58,479 nt of DNA from Planctomycetota bacterium (GTDB lineage: Bacteria > Planctomycetota > Planctomycetia > Pirellulales > Thermoguttaceae). The stretch is taken from positions 1-58,479 of the forward strand of contig JBAWVO010000001.1 in assembly GCA_037147235.1 (NCBI GenBank), written 5' to 3'. Below, piece after piece: positions 9,728 to 18,290 of this stretch (its first letter is position 1; each line of letters starts with the position of its first letter). Position numbers and translations under genes: made by a program. The notes beneath the pieces are model-generated. The model saw nothing but the letters and a program-made list of their open reading frames with translations. It had not been told where the DNA came from and ran no database searches.

Positions 9728-11068
9728 ATGAGTAGAGATATGGTCGCTATGCTGGAACAAGAAAACAACGCCTATCCGGGCGAGTTCTCGCGGATCGAGA
9801 AGGAATTGGCCAAGGTCGGCTCGCCGGCGCTGCTTCGCCAGCGCAAGGCCGCCATCGCCCGCTTTGGCGAAGTCGGCTTCCCGACCACGCACGACGAGGA
9901 ATGGCGTTTCACCGACGTCGCTCCGATCGCCAAGGCGCCTTTGGCACTGCCGGAGATCGAAGACGGCGTGCCGCCGCCGGAAGCGCGCTCGAGCCTCGCG
10001 GGCGATGGCTATCGCCTGTCGTTCGTGAACGGTTATCGCCCCGTGTTCGAACAGCAGGGGGCGAAGCTGCCCACGGGCGTTATCGTCGCCAGCCTTGCCG
10101 AGGCCCTAGTCAAGCACAAGGACCTAGTCGAGCCTCATCTCGCTCATCACGCCCGCGTTGATGGCTCGGCCTTCACCGCCCTCAACACTGCCTTCTTCCG
10201 CGACGGCGCTTTCGTTCACATTCCCAAGGGCGTCGTCGTCAGCGCGCCGATCCATCTGCAATTCCTGGCCACGACACGGCCGTTCGCCTGGCAGCGCCGC
10301 ACGCTCATCGTGGCGGGCGAAAATTCTCAAGCCACCATCGTTGAAGGCTACGACGGCGCGGACGGCAATGCCTACTTCACCAATGCCGTCACGGAAGTCG
10401 TTGCTCTGCCGGGTGCGGTGCTCGACCACTACAAGGTCCAGCGCGAGGGCAAGTCCGCTTTTCACGTTGGCACTATGCAGGTGACCATGCAGCGCGGCAG
10501 CACGTTCACGTCGCATGGCATCGCCTTGGGCGGCGGCCTCGTCCGCAACGACGCCAATGCCGTGCTGGATGCCGAGGGCTGCACCTGCACGCTCAACGGT
10601 CTTTATCTGGCCTCGGGCCAGCAGTTGATCGACAACCACACTCGCATCGACCATGCCAAGCCGAACTGTGTCAGCCACGAACTGTACAAGGGCATCCTCG
10701 ACGGCAAGGCCCGCGGCGTGTTCAACGGCAAGATTTACGTCCACCCCAACGCCCAGAAAACCGACGCCAAGCAAACCAACAAGACCCTGCTGCTGTCCGA
10801 CGACGCGGTCATTAACACCAAGCCGCAGCTCGAGATCTATGCCGACGACGTCAAGTGCATGCACGGGGCCACGATCGGCCCGCTCGACGCCGACTCGATC
10901 TTCTACTTGCGTTCGCGCGGCATCGGCCTCGCGGAAGCTCGCTGCCTGTTGACCTTCGCCTTCGCCAACGACATCATTCGCCGCATTCAGGTGGCGCCGA
11001 TTCGGGCCCAGCTCGAAGACGTACTGCTCGCGGCTCAGCATCTGCCCAGGGGCGAGGAGGCACCATGA
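9728..11068 (+). CDS. sufD: Fe-S cluster assembly protein SufD
   Basis: SufD-type C-terminal beta-helix sequence ([53 protein letters not shown]). The start is uncertain (ATG at 9728 or 9740). Confidence 0.9.
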   Translation: MSRDMVAMLEQENNAYPGEFSRIEKELAKVGSPALLRQRKAAIARFGEVGFPTTHDEEWRFTDVAPIAKAPLALPEIEDGVPPPEARSSLAGDGYRLSFVNGYRPVFEQQGAKLPTGVIVASLAEALVKHKDLVEPHLAHHARVDGSAFTALNTAFFRDGAFVHIPKGVVVSAPIHLQFLATTRPFAWQRRTLIVAGENSQATIVEGYDGADGNAYFTNAVTEVVALPGAVLDHYKVQREGKSAFHVGTMQVTMQRGSTFTSHGIALGGGLVRNDANAVLDAEGCTCTLNGLYLASGQQLIDNHTRIDHAKPNCVSHELYKGILDGKARGVFNGKIYVHPNAQKTDAKQTNKTLLLSDDAVINTKPQLEIYADDVKCMHGATIGPLDADSIFYLRSRGIGLAEARCLLTFAFANDIIRRIQVAPIRAQLEDVLLAAQHLPRGEEAP

Positions 11069-12339
11069 GCATACCGACGTCCGCCAGCACCACGTTGCGA
11101 ACCGCCCGGCTGGCGCCACCGGCGCTCGACCCGCACCGCCTCCGCGAGGATTTCCCGATCTTGCGCGAGAAGGTGCATGGCAAACCCCTGGTCTACCTGG
11201 ACAATGCCGCCACCACGCAAAAGCCGCAAGCCGTTCTCGACGCCGTCGGCCGCTTCTTCACGCACGACAACTCGAATGTTCACCGCGGCGTACATACGCT
11301 GAGTGAGCGGGCCACGCGCAGCTTTGAAGAAGCCCGCGGCAAGGTGCAGCGTTTTCTGAACGCCGCCCAGGCGAGCGAAATCATCTTCACGCGCGGCACC
11401 ACCGAGTCGATCAATCTTGTGGCCCAATCCTACGGCCGCGAGCGTTTCACCGCGGGGGATGAGATCGTCCTCTCCCATATGGAGCATCACTCCAACATCG
11501 TCCCGTGGCAGATGGTGTGCCAGCAAACCGGCGCGGTCCTGCGCGTGATCCCGATCAACGACCGCGGCGAGCTGTTGCTCGACGAGTTCGAGAGACTGTT
11601 GACCCCCCGGACGAAGTTGGTGTCGATCGTGCATCTATCCAACTCGCTGGGCACGATCAACCCGGTGCGGGCTCTCATCGAGAGGGCCCACCAGGCCCAG
11701 GTGCCGGTGCTCCTGGACGGCGCCCAGGCCGTGCCGCACCTGCACGTCGACGTGCAATCGCTCGATTGCGACTTCTACGCCTTCTCGGGCCACAAGCTCT
11801 ACGGACCGACCGGCATCGGCGTGCTCTACGGCAAGCAGGCGCACCTCGAAGCCATGCCCCCGTACCAGGGCGGCGGTGACATGATTCGCTCGGTCAGTTT
11901 CGCCAAGACCGACTACAACGTCGTGCCGTACAAATTCGAGGCGGGGACGCCGCACATCGTCGGCGCCATCGGTCTGGGCGCTGCTATCGACTACGTGAGC
12001 CGTATCAGCATCGACGCCATCGCCGTGCATGAGAACGCCCTGCTGGCGTACGCAACCGATTCCCTGGCGGACCTGCCCGGACTGCGCCTGATCGGCACGG
12101 CCGCCGCCAAGGGCGGCGTGCTGTCGTTTGTGCTCGACGGCGTGCATCCGCACGACATCGGCACCATCCTTGATCAGGACGGCATCGCCATTCGCACGGG
12201 CCATCACTGCACGCAGCCGCTCATGGAACGATTCGGAGTGCCGGCCACGGCGCGGGCGTCGCTGGCACTTTACAATACCCGTGAGGAGATCGATGCCCTG
12301 GTCAAGGGCATCCACAAAGTGCAAGAGGTGTTCGGCTGA
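11065..12339 (+). CDS. sufS: Cysteine desulfurase SufS (class II aminotransferase V)
   Basis: The ATG at 11065 overlaps the sufD stop (ATGA). PLP-lysine context is [17 protein letters not shown] and the catalytic Cys loop is RTGHHCTQP. Confidence 0.95.
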   Translation: MSIPTSASTTLRTARLAPPALDPHRLREDFPILREKVHGKPLVYLDNAATTQKPQAVLDAVGRFFTHDNSNVHRGVHTLSERATRSFEEARGKVQRFLNAAQASEIIFTRGTTESINLVAQSYGRERFTAGDEIVLSHMEHHSNIVPWQMVCQQTGAVLRVIPINDRGELLLDEFERLLTPRTKLVSIVHLSNSLGTINPVRALIERAHQAQVPVLLDGAQAVPHLHVDVQSLDCDFYAFSGHKLYGPTGIGVLYGKQAHLEAMPPYQGGGDMIRSVSFAKTDYNVVPYKFEAGTPHIVGAIGLGAAIDYVSRISIDAIAVHENALLAYATDSLADLPGLRLIGTAAAKGGVLSFVLDGVHPHDIGTILDQDGIAIRTGHHCTQPLMERFGVPATARASLALYNTREEIDALVKGIHKVQEVFG

Positions 12340-12788
12340 TGTCCGACCTACGCGAGCTATACCAGGAAGTCATCCTGGACCACCACAAGAAACCTCGCAA
12401 CTTCCGCAAGCAAGCGGGCGTTGCCCAGGTCGAGGGCTACAACCCGTTCTGCGGCGACCGCCTGACCGTCTACCTGAAAATGGACGGCGAGGTGATCAAG
12501 GACGTCAGCTTCGAGGGTTCGGGCTGTGCCATCTCCACGGCGTCGGCGTCGATGATGACCGAGAGCCTCAAGGGCAAGACCCGCGAGGAAGCGGAAGTGA
12601 TCTTCAAAGCCTTTCACGATCTGCTCACCAACCCGGCGCCCGCGGCAAACAATGCCGCGCACCTTGGCAAGCTGGCCGTATTCTCCGGCGTCCGCGAGTT
12701 CCCGGTCCGCGTCAAGTGCGCCACGCTGGCCTGGCACGCTTTCCACGCTGCCCTGGACAACAAGAACAAGATCGTTTCGACCGAATAG
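12339..12788 (+). CDS. sufU: SufU/NifU-like Fe-S/sulfur transfer scaffold
   Basis: [21 protein letters not shown]..., NPFCGD, GSGCAIS and VKCATLAW provide the three conserved Cys. There is a 1-nt overlap with the sufS stop. Confidence 0.9.
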   Translation: MSDLRELYQEVILDHHKKPRNFRKQAGVAQVEGYNPFCGDRLTVYLKMDGEVIKDVSFEGSGCAISTASASMMTESLKGKTREEAEVIFKAFHDLLTNPAPAANNAAHLGKLAVFSGVREFPVRVKCATLAWHAFHAALDNKNKIVSTE

Positions 12789-12798
12789 GGGCACCGCG

Positions 12799-13185
12799 AT
12801 GGAAGTCCATGCCGATTCAACCGCTGCGAACCAAGAGACGCCAGCCGACCTGGAATCGCGCGTCTCCGAGGCGGCAAACCTGCAAGACCTGCTTGAGAAG
12901 GTGGTCGACGCCCTGCGCACGTGCTACGATCCCGAGATACCCGCCAATATCTACGAGCTGGGTCTGATCTACAATGTGGATGTATCGCCCGAGGGCGCAG
13001 TCGCCATCCGCATGACCCTCACTTCTCCCGCCTGCCCCGCCGCCGGCTCGCTACCGTCGGAAGTCCAGGCAAAGGTGAAGGCGGTTCCGGGCGTCACCGA
13101 TGCCAAAGTGGAAGTCGTCTGGGAGCCGACATGGACGCCGGACCTCATGTCCGACGTGGCCCGCGTGCTGTTGGACTATTATTGA
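12799..13185 (+). CDS. DUF59/MIP18-family Fe-S assembly protein (SufT-like)
   Basis: CYDPEIPANIYELGLIY...MTLTSPACP is the DUF59 hallmark. ATG at 12799. Confidence 0.85.
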   Translation: MEVHADSTAANQETPADLESRVSEAANLQDLLEKVVDALRTCYDPEIPANIYELGLIYNVDVSPEGAVAIRMTLTSPACPAAGSLPSEVQAKVKAVPGVTDAKVEVVWEPTWTPDLMSDVARVLLDYY

Positions 13186-13291
13186 ATCCGTGCAGAAGGA
13201 CGACCTCTCTCAGCGCGTCATCAAATCGGAACGCACTTTGTCGAGTAGATATTTTTCTGTCCCTCATTATTCTGTCGAATGAATTGATTAG

Positions 13292-13352
13292 GATTCACCG
13301 CGAGAGAGTACAAAGAGCGCAAGAGAAAGATTTTGTTCTTTCGCGGTGAATT
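13292..13352. repeat. Interspersed repeat family 'REP2', copy A (hairpin form)
   Basis: gattcaccgcgagagagtacaaagagcgcaagagaaagattttgttctttcgcggtgaatt. The 11-bp arms attcaccgcga and tcgcggtgaat are inverted repeats. It resembles 50968-51022. Confidence 0.6.
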
Positions 13353-13536
13353 ATTTTGAGGACGGGTGGGATTGACCGCAGAGGACGCAGAGGTGCGGGG
13401 AGAGGAGAGGGAACCACGAAAGCGACGAAAAACACGAAAAGGGAAGACAAAATTATTGAATTCCAGACACATGACTAAACGGATGAGACGATGAGCCTTG
13501 ACTGGGCAGCCAAGTGCCGGATAATGGCAATCGAAC

Positions 13537-15891
13537 TTGAACGCAACGACTCCCATTCGGGCGAGGCCGATTAGAGACTTGGCGAAGATTCAGGAATCCG
13601 CCCAGGATGGCTGTAGGATCCCCGTAAGATTCCCTTTAACTGAGAGAGGCTCTTCAGTGTCTGGAAAACTATCCCTGTGGCGATTCGTCTGGCTCGCAAT
13701 CGTCGTACTCATATTTCCATGGGGGTTGACGGCCAGCGCGCCAGGCGCCGAGAGGTTTCCCCGTCCGCCAGAAGTGAAAGCCAGCGAGCCGAGACCACTC
13801 GCGACGAAGGTTTCGGATGAGCTGGCCTTCGATTGGACCTTCGGTCACGACAACCACGTGATCAAATCGGAAGAGGAAGTGACGGCAGGCGATTCGTTCG
13901 TGATCGCATGTCAGCTTCTGACGTTTAGAGACAGACGATTTCGGCTCGACATCCCCAAGGGCGCCAAGCCCCCGTACCTGGTGCTCCAGTATGAGGAACA
14001 GCCTGCGGTGGCGCGACCTTTGGGTCGCTGCCGGGGGTTGCATAACATTGAATACTGTTCCTGCGCGTTCGCGGTGAACTCCTTCCTCTTCTTCGAGGTC
14101 GATCTTTGCAAATACTTCGGAAAACTCAATGCGGGGACTTATCATTTCTGGTTCGTCTGGTCGGCGGGCGATTTTCTCGTCGACGGGCCGCCCGAGGTGC
14201 AAGTCGAGGACGATCTGGTTTCCCCGTCCATCAAGATCACGGTCGTCGCCGCAAAGACGGGGATTAAGGAAGCAGTTGCGAAGCTCAATCGCAAGGGCGA
14301 GGTGTCGCTCGTCCGCGACGGGAAGCCGGCGTTGGTACCGCTTCAGAACGTGCCTACGGGGTCGCTGACGAACCACGGCAAGCAGTCGATTTCGATTAGA
14401 GTCCGGCCCGACCGCGACAAAGACGGACGTACCACGTTCTCCTTTCCTCTGAAAGAGGTGTGTTCGTCGCGGAAATGGTCTTCCGACGGGGAGTGGATCG
14501 ACTCAGATGGCGATATGTGGCCCAAATTCGATAACAACCGCCTAAATCCCCTTCCGAGCGACGAGTGGAGCCAGTGCTGGGAGGAGGACTATTATGTCAA
14601 GCCCGGCGCATCGGTTCATGTGATGTTGCCCGATTGGTGGCTCTTGAACGGGGTCTATTGCTACGAGGTCCTGTACAGCACAAAGGATGGCTCGGGAACC
14701 GCGACGTCCGAGGCGTTCGTGGTCGATCGGACCGCTGCGGCGGAGAAGATAAACGGCGGCCTGACGGCGGGATCCGAGCCCCGGGCGATGCGCCGAGCCG
14801 GCTCGGCTCCGCCGCGGCCGATCGCTGACCTCGGGCCAGCGACACCCCCGTGGGTGCCGCCGCACCCCGAGCGCTTCAAGGATTTTGCTCCGCCTGCAAT
14901 TGATGCTCCCGAGTACTACGAACTGCCGCTCAACCCTTGGTTCTTGTCTTCGATGGAGATCGCGAATGATGGGACGACCGAGGATTCGTTCCCGTTCAAG
15001 TTCTACTTCCACAGCAAGGCTCGCTGGACGTTTCGCTTCGACATTCCCGAGGGCGCCGAGCCGCCGCGCGCGGAGCTTCAACGAGAGAACGAACCGCCCG
15101 TCGTGCATCCCCTCAAGTGGTCCGAAGTCCAGAATGTCTTGTGGGTCTACGAGCCCGAGCCGGGGGGATTCGCGTTCGGTATGCGGGGGCAGGTCGCGGC
15201 ACACTTCGGCAAGCTCACGCCGGGGATCTATCGCTTCCGGATCGTTTTTCCGCAGGACTCCCACGTGGTCGAGGGAATTCCGGGGTACAATGGAGGCGAC
15301 TTGAAGACGCCTTTGGTGAAAATCAACGTCCGCGCAACATCCCTTGACGAAGCGAAGGGGAAGCTCACGAAGGACAAGGGAGTGGAACTCGTCCGCGATG
15401 GGAAGCCGGTCCTCGATCCGGCCGGCCCACTCCCGACCGGGATCTTGACAAACCGTTTGCAGGAGCCGATCTACATCGTGGCGGATTACGTCGAGGAAAC
15501 CACGACGGGATCAGTGATATGGTCCCGGCCCCAAGAGATCCGTTGGCACCCTGAACCGGGTTGGCGAATCAAGCTTGCCGATCTCGTGGCCTCGCCTTGC
15601 TACCAGGTCGCGCCCGGCAAGTCCGTGAAAGTCGTCATGCCGGATTGGCGATTGGACTCAGACGGGATCTACGTGTACGCGATCCCTTGCTTCCTGGGCG
15701 AGGCCAAGGCCGCCGAGCGCGGCCTGTACACGCTCGTCAACGTGAAAACCGCAAAGGTCGTAACTGCGATCACCGACCCCTTCACAGTGGCCTCGGTTTG
15801 GCGATTTCGCTGCTCGCGGAACGCCGATCCGCCAAGTTTCCTGCCGCTGGGGAAGAGTAGCGAGAAAGCATCGGAACAATCCACCGATTGA
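13537..15891 (+). CDS. Secreted hypothetical protein made of two tandem ~350-aa internal repeats
   Basis: The signal-like segment is LSLWRFVWLAIVVLIFPWGLTASAPG. The likely true start is the GTG at 13657, preceded by gagagagg. Internal duplication shows in RFRLDIPKGAKPPYLVLQYEEQPAVARPL vs TFRFDIPEGAEPPRAELQRENEPPVVHPL. It also shows in FGKLNAGTYHFWFVW...LVRDGKPALVPL...PTGSLTN vs FGKLTPGIYRFRIVF...LVRDGKPVLDPA...PTGILTN. Confidence 0.75.
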   Translation: MNATTPIRARPIRDLAKIQESAQDGCRIPVRFPLTERGSSVSGKLSLWRFVWLAIVVLIFPWGLTASAPGAERFPRPPEVKASEPRPLATKVSDELAFDWTFGHDNHVIKSEEEVTAGDSFVIACQLLTFRDRRFRLDIPKGAKPPYLVLQYEEQPAVARPLGRCRGLHNIEYCSCAFAVNSFLFFEVDLCKYFGKLNAGTYHFWFVWSAGDFLVDGPPEVQVEDDLVSPSIKITVVAAKTGIKEAVAKLNRKGEVSLVRDGKPALVPLQNVPTGSLTNHGKQSISIRVRPDRDKDGRTTFSFPLKEVCSSRKWSSDGEWIDSDGDMWPKFDNNRLNPLPSDEWSQCWEEDYYVKPGASVHVMLPDWWLLNGVYCYEVLYSTKDGSGTATSEAFVVDRTAAAEKINGGLTAGSEPRAMRRAGSAPPRPIADLGPATPPWVPPHPERFKDFAPPAIDAPEYYELPLNPWFLSSMEIANDGTTEDSFPFKFYFHSKARWTFRFDIPEGAEPPRAELQRENEPPVVHPLKWSEVQNVLWVYEPEPGGFAFGMRGQVAAHFGKLTPGIYRFRIVFPQDSHVVEGIPGYNGGDLKTPLVKINVRATSLDEAKGKLTKDKGVELVRDGKPVLDPAGPLPTGILTNRLQEPIYIVADYVEETTTGSVIWSRPQEIRWHPEPGWRIKLADLVASPCYQVAPGKSVKVVMPDWRLDSDGIYVYAIPCFLGEAKAAERGLYTLVNVKTAKVVTAITDPFTVASVWRFRCSRNADPPSFLPLGKSSEKASEQSTD

Positions 15892-16032
15892 CGCTCGTTT
15901 CATCGACGCGAGCGGAATTTCAGACACATGACTCAACTATTGGCAAGTTATACCCAGGCAGTTGGCCTGGGCTGGCATGGGGCGCACCGTTGGTGCTGGG
16001 AATGTGACGATACCGTGTTCGTTGGGTCAGGT

Positions 16033-17400
16033 TTATCGCACGATGCAGCGGAAGCGGAAGACGCCGCCCTTGCCGGGCGACAGCGGCTCGCTGAGTACGC
16101 AACGCACGATCAGCGACTCGCCCTCGTTGGGCTGCGTGGAGAACTGGGCCTTCAGGCTGCACTGAGCACTGTCGGGCACATACTCCAGCCGCGTCGTCAG
16201 GCTGTCGACAATCTGCACACTGCCGATAGGCTGATTGCCCACGTTGTCGAAGCGGATCGTGAACGAGACCTCGTCGCCCGGCTCGGCGACCGGCGTGGAT
16301 GCGACCTTGACGACCCGCAGCTTCGGATTGGGCGCCGAGCCAATCCCGAAGGTCTCTTGCGGTTTCTGACTGACCACCGTGGCACCGGCAGTCTGATGAT
16401 CCAGATAAATCTGCACGGCCTGCTTGTGGCTCCAAGCAACGGCCGCCTGCGTACCCTTGGCCAGGATCGGTTCCTCGTGGCCGACATAAACACCGGTGCG
16501 GATAACTGCCAGGTTCTCGTAGACGCGATAGAAGTTGTCGAATGCCTTGGGCCGCAGCTCGGCCAAGAGCGTGGCGTGTGATTTGCGACTGCGGAGCTGT
16601 AGGGCCGGGTTGGTGCCGATGTCGCGGACAGCCTGTAGGTTCTGCCTGTTCAGCCCCACCGGTTCGCTCGTGCGGGGGCCGAGGGGCTTGACCGGCTCGA
16701 CCACGCCCGTAGCGCGATTCCGCTGCTGGTTGATCTCCACGTCAACGATCTGCCGCACGGCGTGGAATCGCGGGCTGTAGAGGCTTACCTTGTTGCTTGG
16801 TTCGACCACGGTGCGGCCGTCAAGCGTGCTATAACGGGCGACGGTGTCTTCCATTTCAAGGCCCAACAGCTCGCCCTTGGGGCCAACGCGGATCGGCGGA
16901 CCGGCATTGCCGCCATCGTGAAGGTATTCGTCAGCCGGCCAGGGCGGAATGATTCCCGGCGGCGTCCAGGGACCGGCGGCCGTGTAGGCCAGGGGAACGC
17001 CGAGTTCCATACCCGGAGGACCGATGGGACATGGTGCCCCCGGCGGCAAGGCGGCATATCCACCTTGCGCGGTTTTGGGGACGGACTTGGAAGTCCATCC
17101 TACGGGTGTGGTTTTGTCGACGGACTCGGAGGTCCATCCTACGGGTGTGGCCGTACTTTGCGGCAAGGCTTGGTTGGGTGAATGCGAAGCCGGGCTGCGG
17201 CATGAGCAGAGAATCAGCGTGCCCAGCACAATGATCGCAAGCCGCCAGGCGCGAATCGATCCTTGGTTGCTTAGGATCGGCGAATCAATAACTGCCGTAT
17301 TTTGCGCACTCGCTGAGCGGGGGGAGGACGGCACACGGAGTGTGCCTGCTACTTTTCTTGCGACACTTATTGATTCGCCGTTGCTTGTCGTTTGATTCAT
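16033..17400 (-). CDS. DUF11 (conserved repeat domain) surface protein with a repeat-derived N-terminus
   Basis: The C-terminus, PGDEVSFTIRFDNVGNQPIGSVQIVDSLTTRLEYVPDS, is DUF11-like. A signal/lipobox-like segment (WRLAIIVLGTLILCSC) follows about 50 element-derived residues. The start ATG overlaps the upstream stop (ATGA at 17397-17400). Confidence 0.8.
   Translation of the reverse strand: MNQTTSNGESISVARKVAGTLRVPSSPRSASAQNTAVIDSPILSNQGSIRAWRLAIIVLGTLILCSCRSPASHSPNQALPQSTATPVGWTSESVDKTTPVGWTSKSVPKTAQGGYAALPPGAPCPIGPPGMELGVPLAYTAAGPWTPPGIIPPWPADEYLHDGGNAGPPIRVGPKGELLGLEMEDTVARYSTLDGRTVVEPSNKVSLYSPRFHAVRQIVDVEINQQRNRATGVVEPVKPLGPRTSEPVGLNRQNLQAVRDIGTNPALQLRSRKSHATLLAELRPKAFDNFYRVYENLAVIRTGVYVGHEEPILAKGTQAAVAWSHKQAVQIYLDHQTAGATVVSQKPQETFGIGSAPNPKLRVVKVASTPVAEPGDEVSFTIRFDNVGNQPIGSVQIVDSLTTRLEYVPDSAQCSLKAQFSTQPNEGESLIVRCVLSEPLSPGKGGVFRFRCIVR
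17072..17149. repeat. 2 x 39-bp tandem repeat with a palindromic core, inside the DUF11 gene
   Basis: gttttggggacggacttggaagtccatcctacgggtgtg is followed by gttttgtcgacggactcggaggtccatcctacgggtgtg. These encode TPVGWTSKSVPKT and TPVGWTSESVDKT. The core GGACGGACTTGGAAGTCCATCC is a palindrome. Confidence 0.85.
17269..17380. mobile_element. MITE/RPE-like palindromic element, copy 1 (inside DUF11 gene codons ~8-45)
   Basis: Terminal inverted repeats are ggcgaatcaataa (17279-17291) and ttattgattcgcc (17367-17379). The central hairpin is GGCACACGGAGTGTGCC. It aligns with 30719-30807 and, inverted, with 48591-48699. Confidence 0.7.
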
Positions 17401-18203
17401 GGCTGCGGCTTCTTTTCCGCGGGTGGGGCCGGTCGGGCCTGTGCGGTCTCACGGATCGGTTTGGCTTGTGCTGCCGTGCGCGGTGGATAGGCCACCCAGG
17501 GCGGCGAGCCAAAGTAGAAGTTAGTATCCTGTCCCTGGTCCGGTACACGGCCGCCCATGCGAACAATCGCCACGGGCCGGCCCAGTTCGTCGGCCACCGC
17601 CAAGGGGTCGCGGCCCGTTGCGACTTCAAACCACGACTGGCCGTTCTCGCCGCGAGTCGGCAAGACGTTGTGGGGATCTTCCAGGTAAATCACCCGCGTC
17701 ACAAACTTGCCTTGCATGGCCAACTCGATGTCTTCCTGAGCAAGCTCTATGGGAATCGCGAAACGAACCTGCTGATCCGTGGGGGCATAGGTCCGATCGA
17801 TAATCTCGATCGTGGGAAAGATTTCCATCCCTTGGGCCTGCGGAAGAGGAATATTCGTCACGCGAAGCCGATAGACCGAGCCGATCAGCAGCCCAACGCG
17901 GCGAGGTGCCTCTTGCGGTGCGCCAAATTGATTTTCCACAGCCAGCGAGATCGAGACCCCGGTGGGAGCCTTGATCTCGACTGGCTGGAAAAAACCCGCC
18001 AAGGGTCCGCCCCGCTGGAGCTGCCGGCTTCCAATCGCTCCCGGTGGCATCACGCCCTGATGCCAGTAGTGAATCGCCGGCTCCTGGGCCAAGCCGTGGA
18101 CGGCCAGGCAGAGGAACACAAGCAATACACCACCCAGTTTGCCGGCAACTCGGCTTCCCTGATTTCGCATTCGAGTTATCAAGTAGCGGAGCTTAGGGAC
18201 CAT
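17397..18203 (-). CDS. Secreted hypothetical protein, paralog of the 18291-19310 product
   Basis: 268 aa with signal-like GGVLLVFLCLAVHGLAQ. The shared block is YRLRVTNIP...MEIFPTIEI...IPIELAQEDIELAMQGKFVTRVIYLEDP. In the paralog it reads YRLKLANIP...LELFPTLEV...[28 protein letters not shown]. Confidence 0.75.
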   Translation of the reverse strand: MVPKLRYLITRMRNQGSRVAGKLGGVLLVFLCLAVHGLAQEPAIHYWHQGVMPPGAIGSRQLQRGGPLAGFFQPVEIKAPTGVSISLAVENQFGAPQEAPRRVGLLIGSVYRLRVTNIPLPQAQGMEIFPTIEIIDRTYAPTDQQVRFAIPIELAQEDIELAMQGKFVTRVIYLEDPHNVLPTRGENGQSWFEVATGRDPLAVADELGRPVAIVRMGGRVPDQGQDTNFYFGSPPWVAYPPRTAAQAKPIRETAQARPAPPAEKKPQP

Positions 18204-18290
18204 TGTCGCGAGTTTGAAAAGGGTTCAAGTTAAGGGTACGTAGAACGGAATTCATTCCGTTCAACGGATTAAAATCTGTGTTACAAAGGA

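Noticed and set aside
10855-11064. Upstream extensions of the track ORFs for sufS, sufD, sufC, sufT, PIG-L, CsrA, VapC, the 1203-aa ORF and others.
   Set aside because: The extensions overlap the preceding genes and are Arg/Pro-rich. Internal ATGs align with known family N-termini and with stop/start coupling.
13221-13556. 111-aa minus-strand ORF in the post-suf spacer.
   Set aside because: It is composed of translated interspersed repeats and purine-rich tracts, with no start context.
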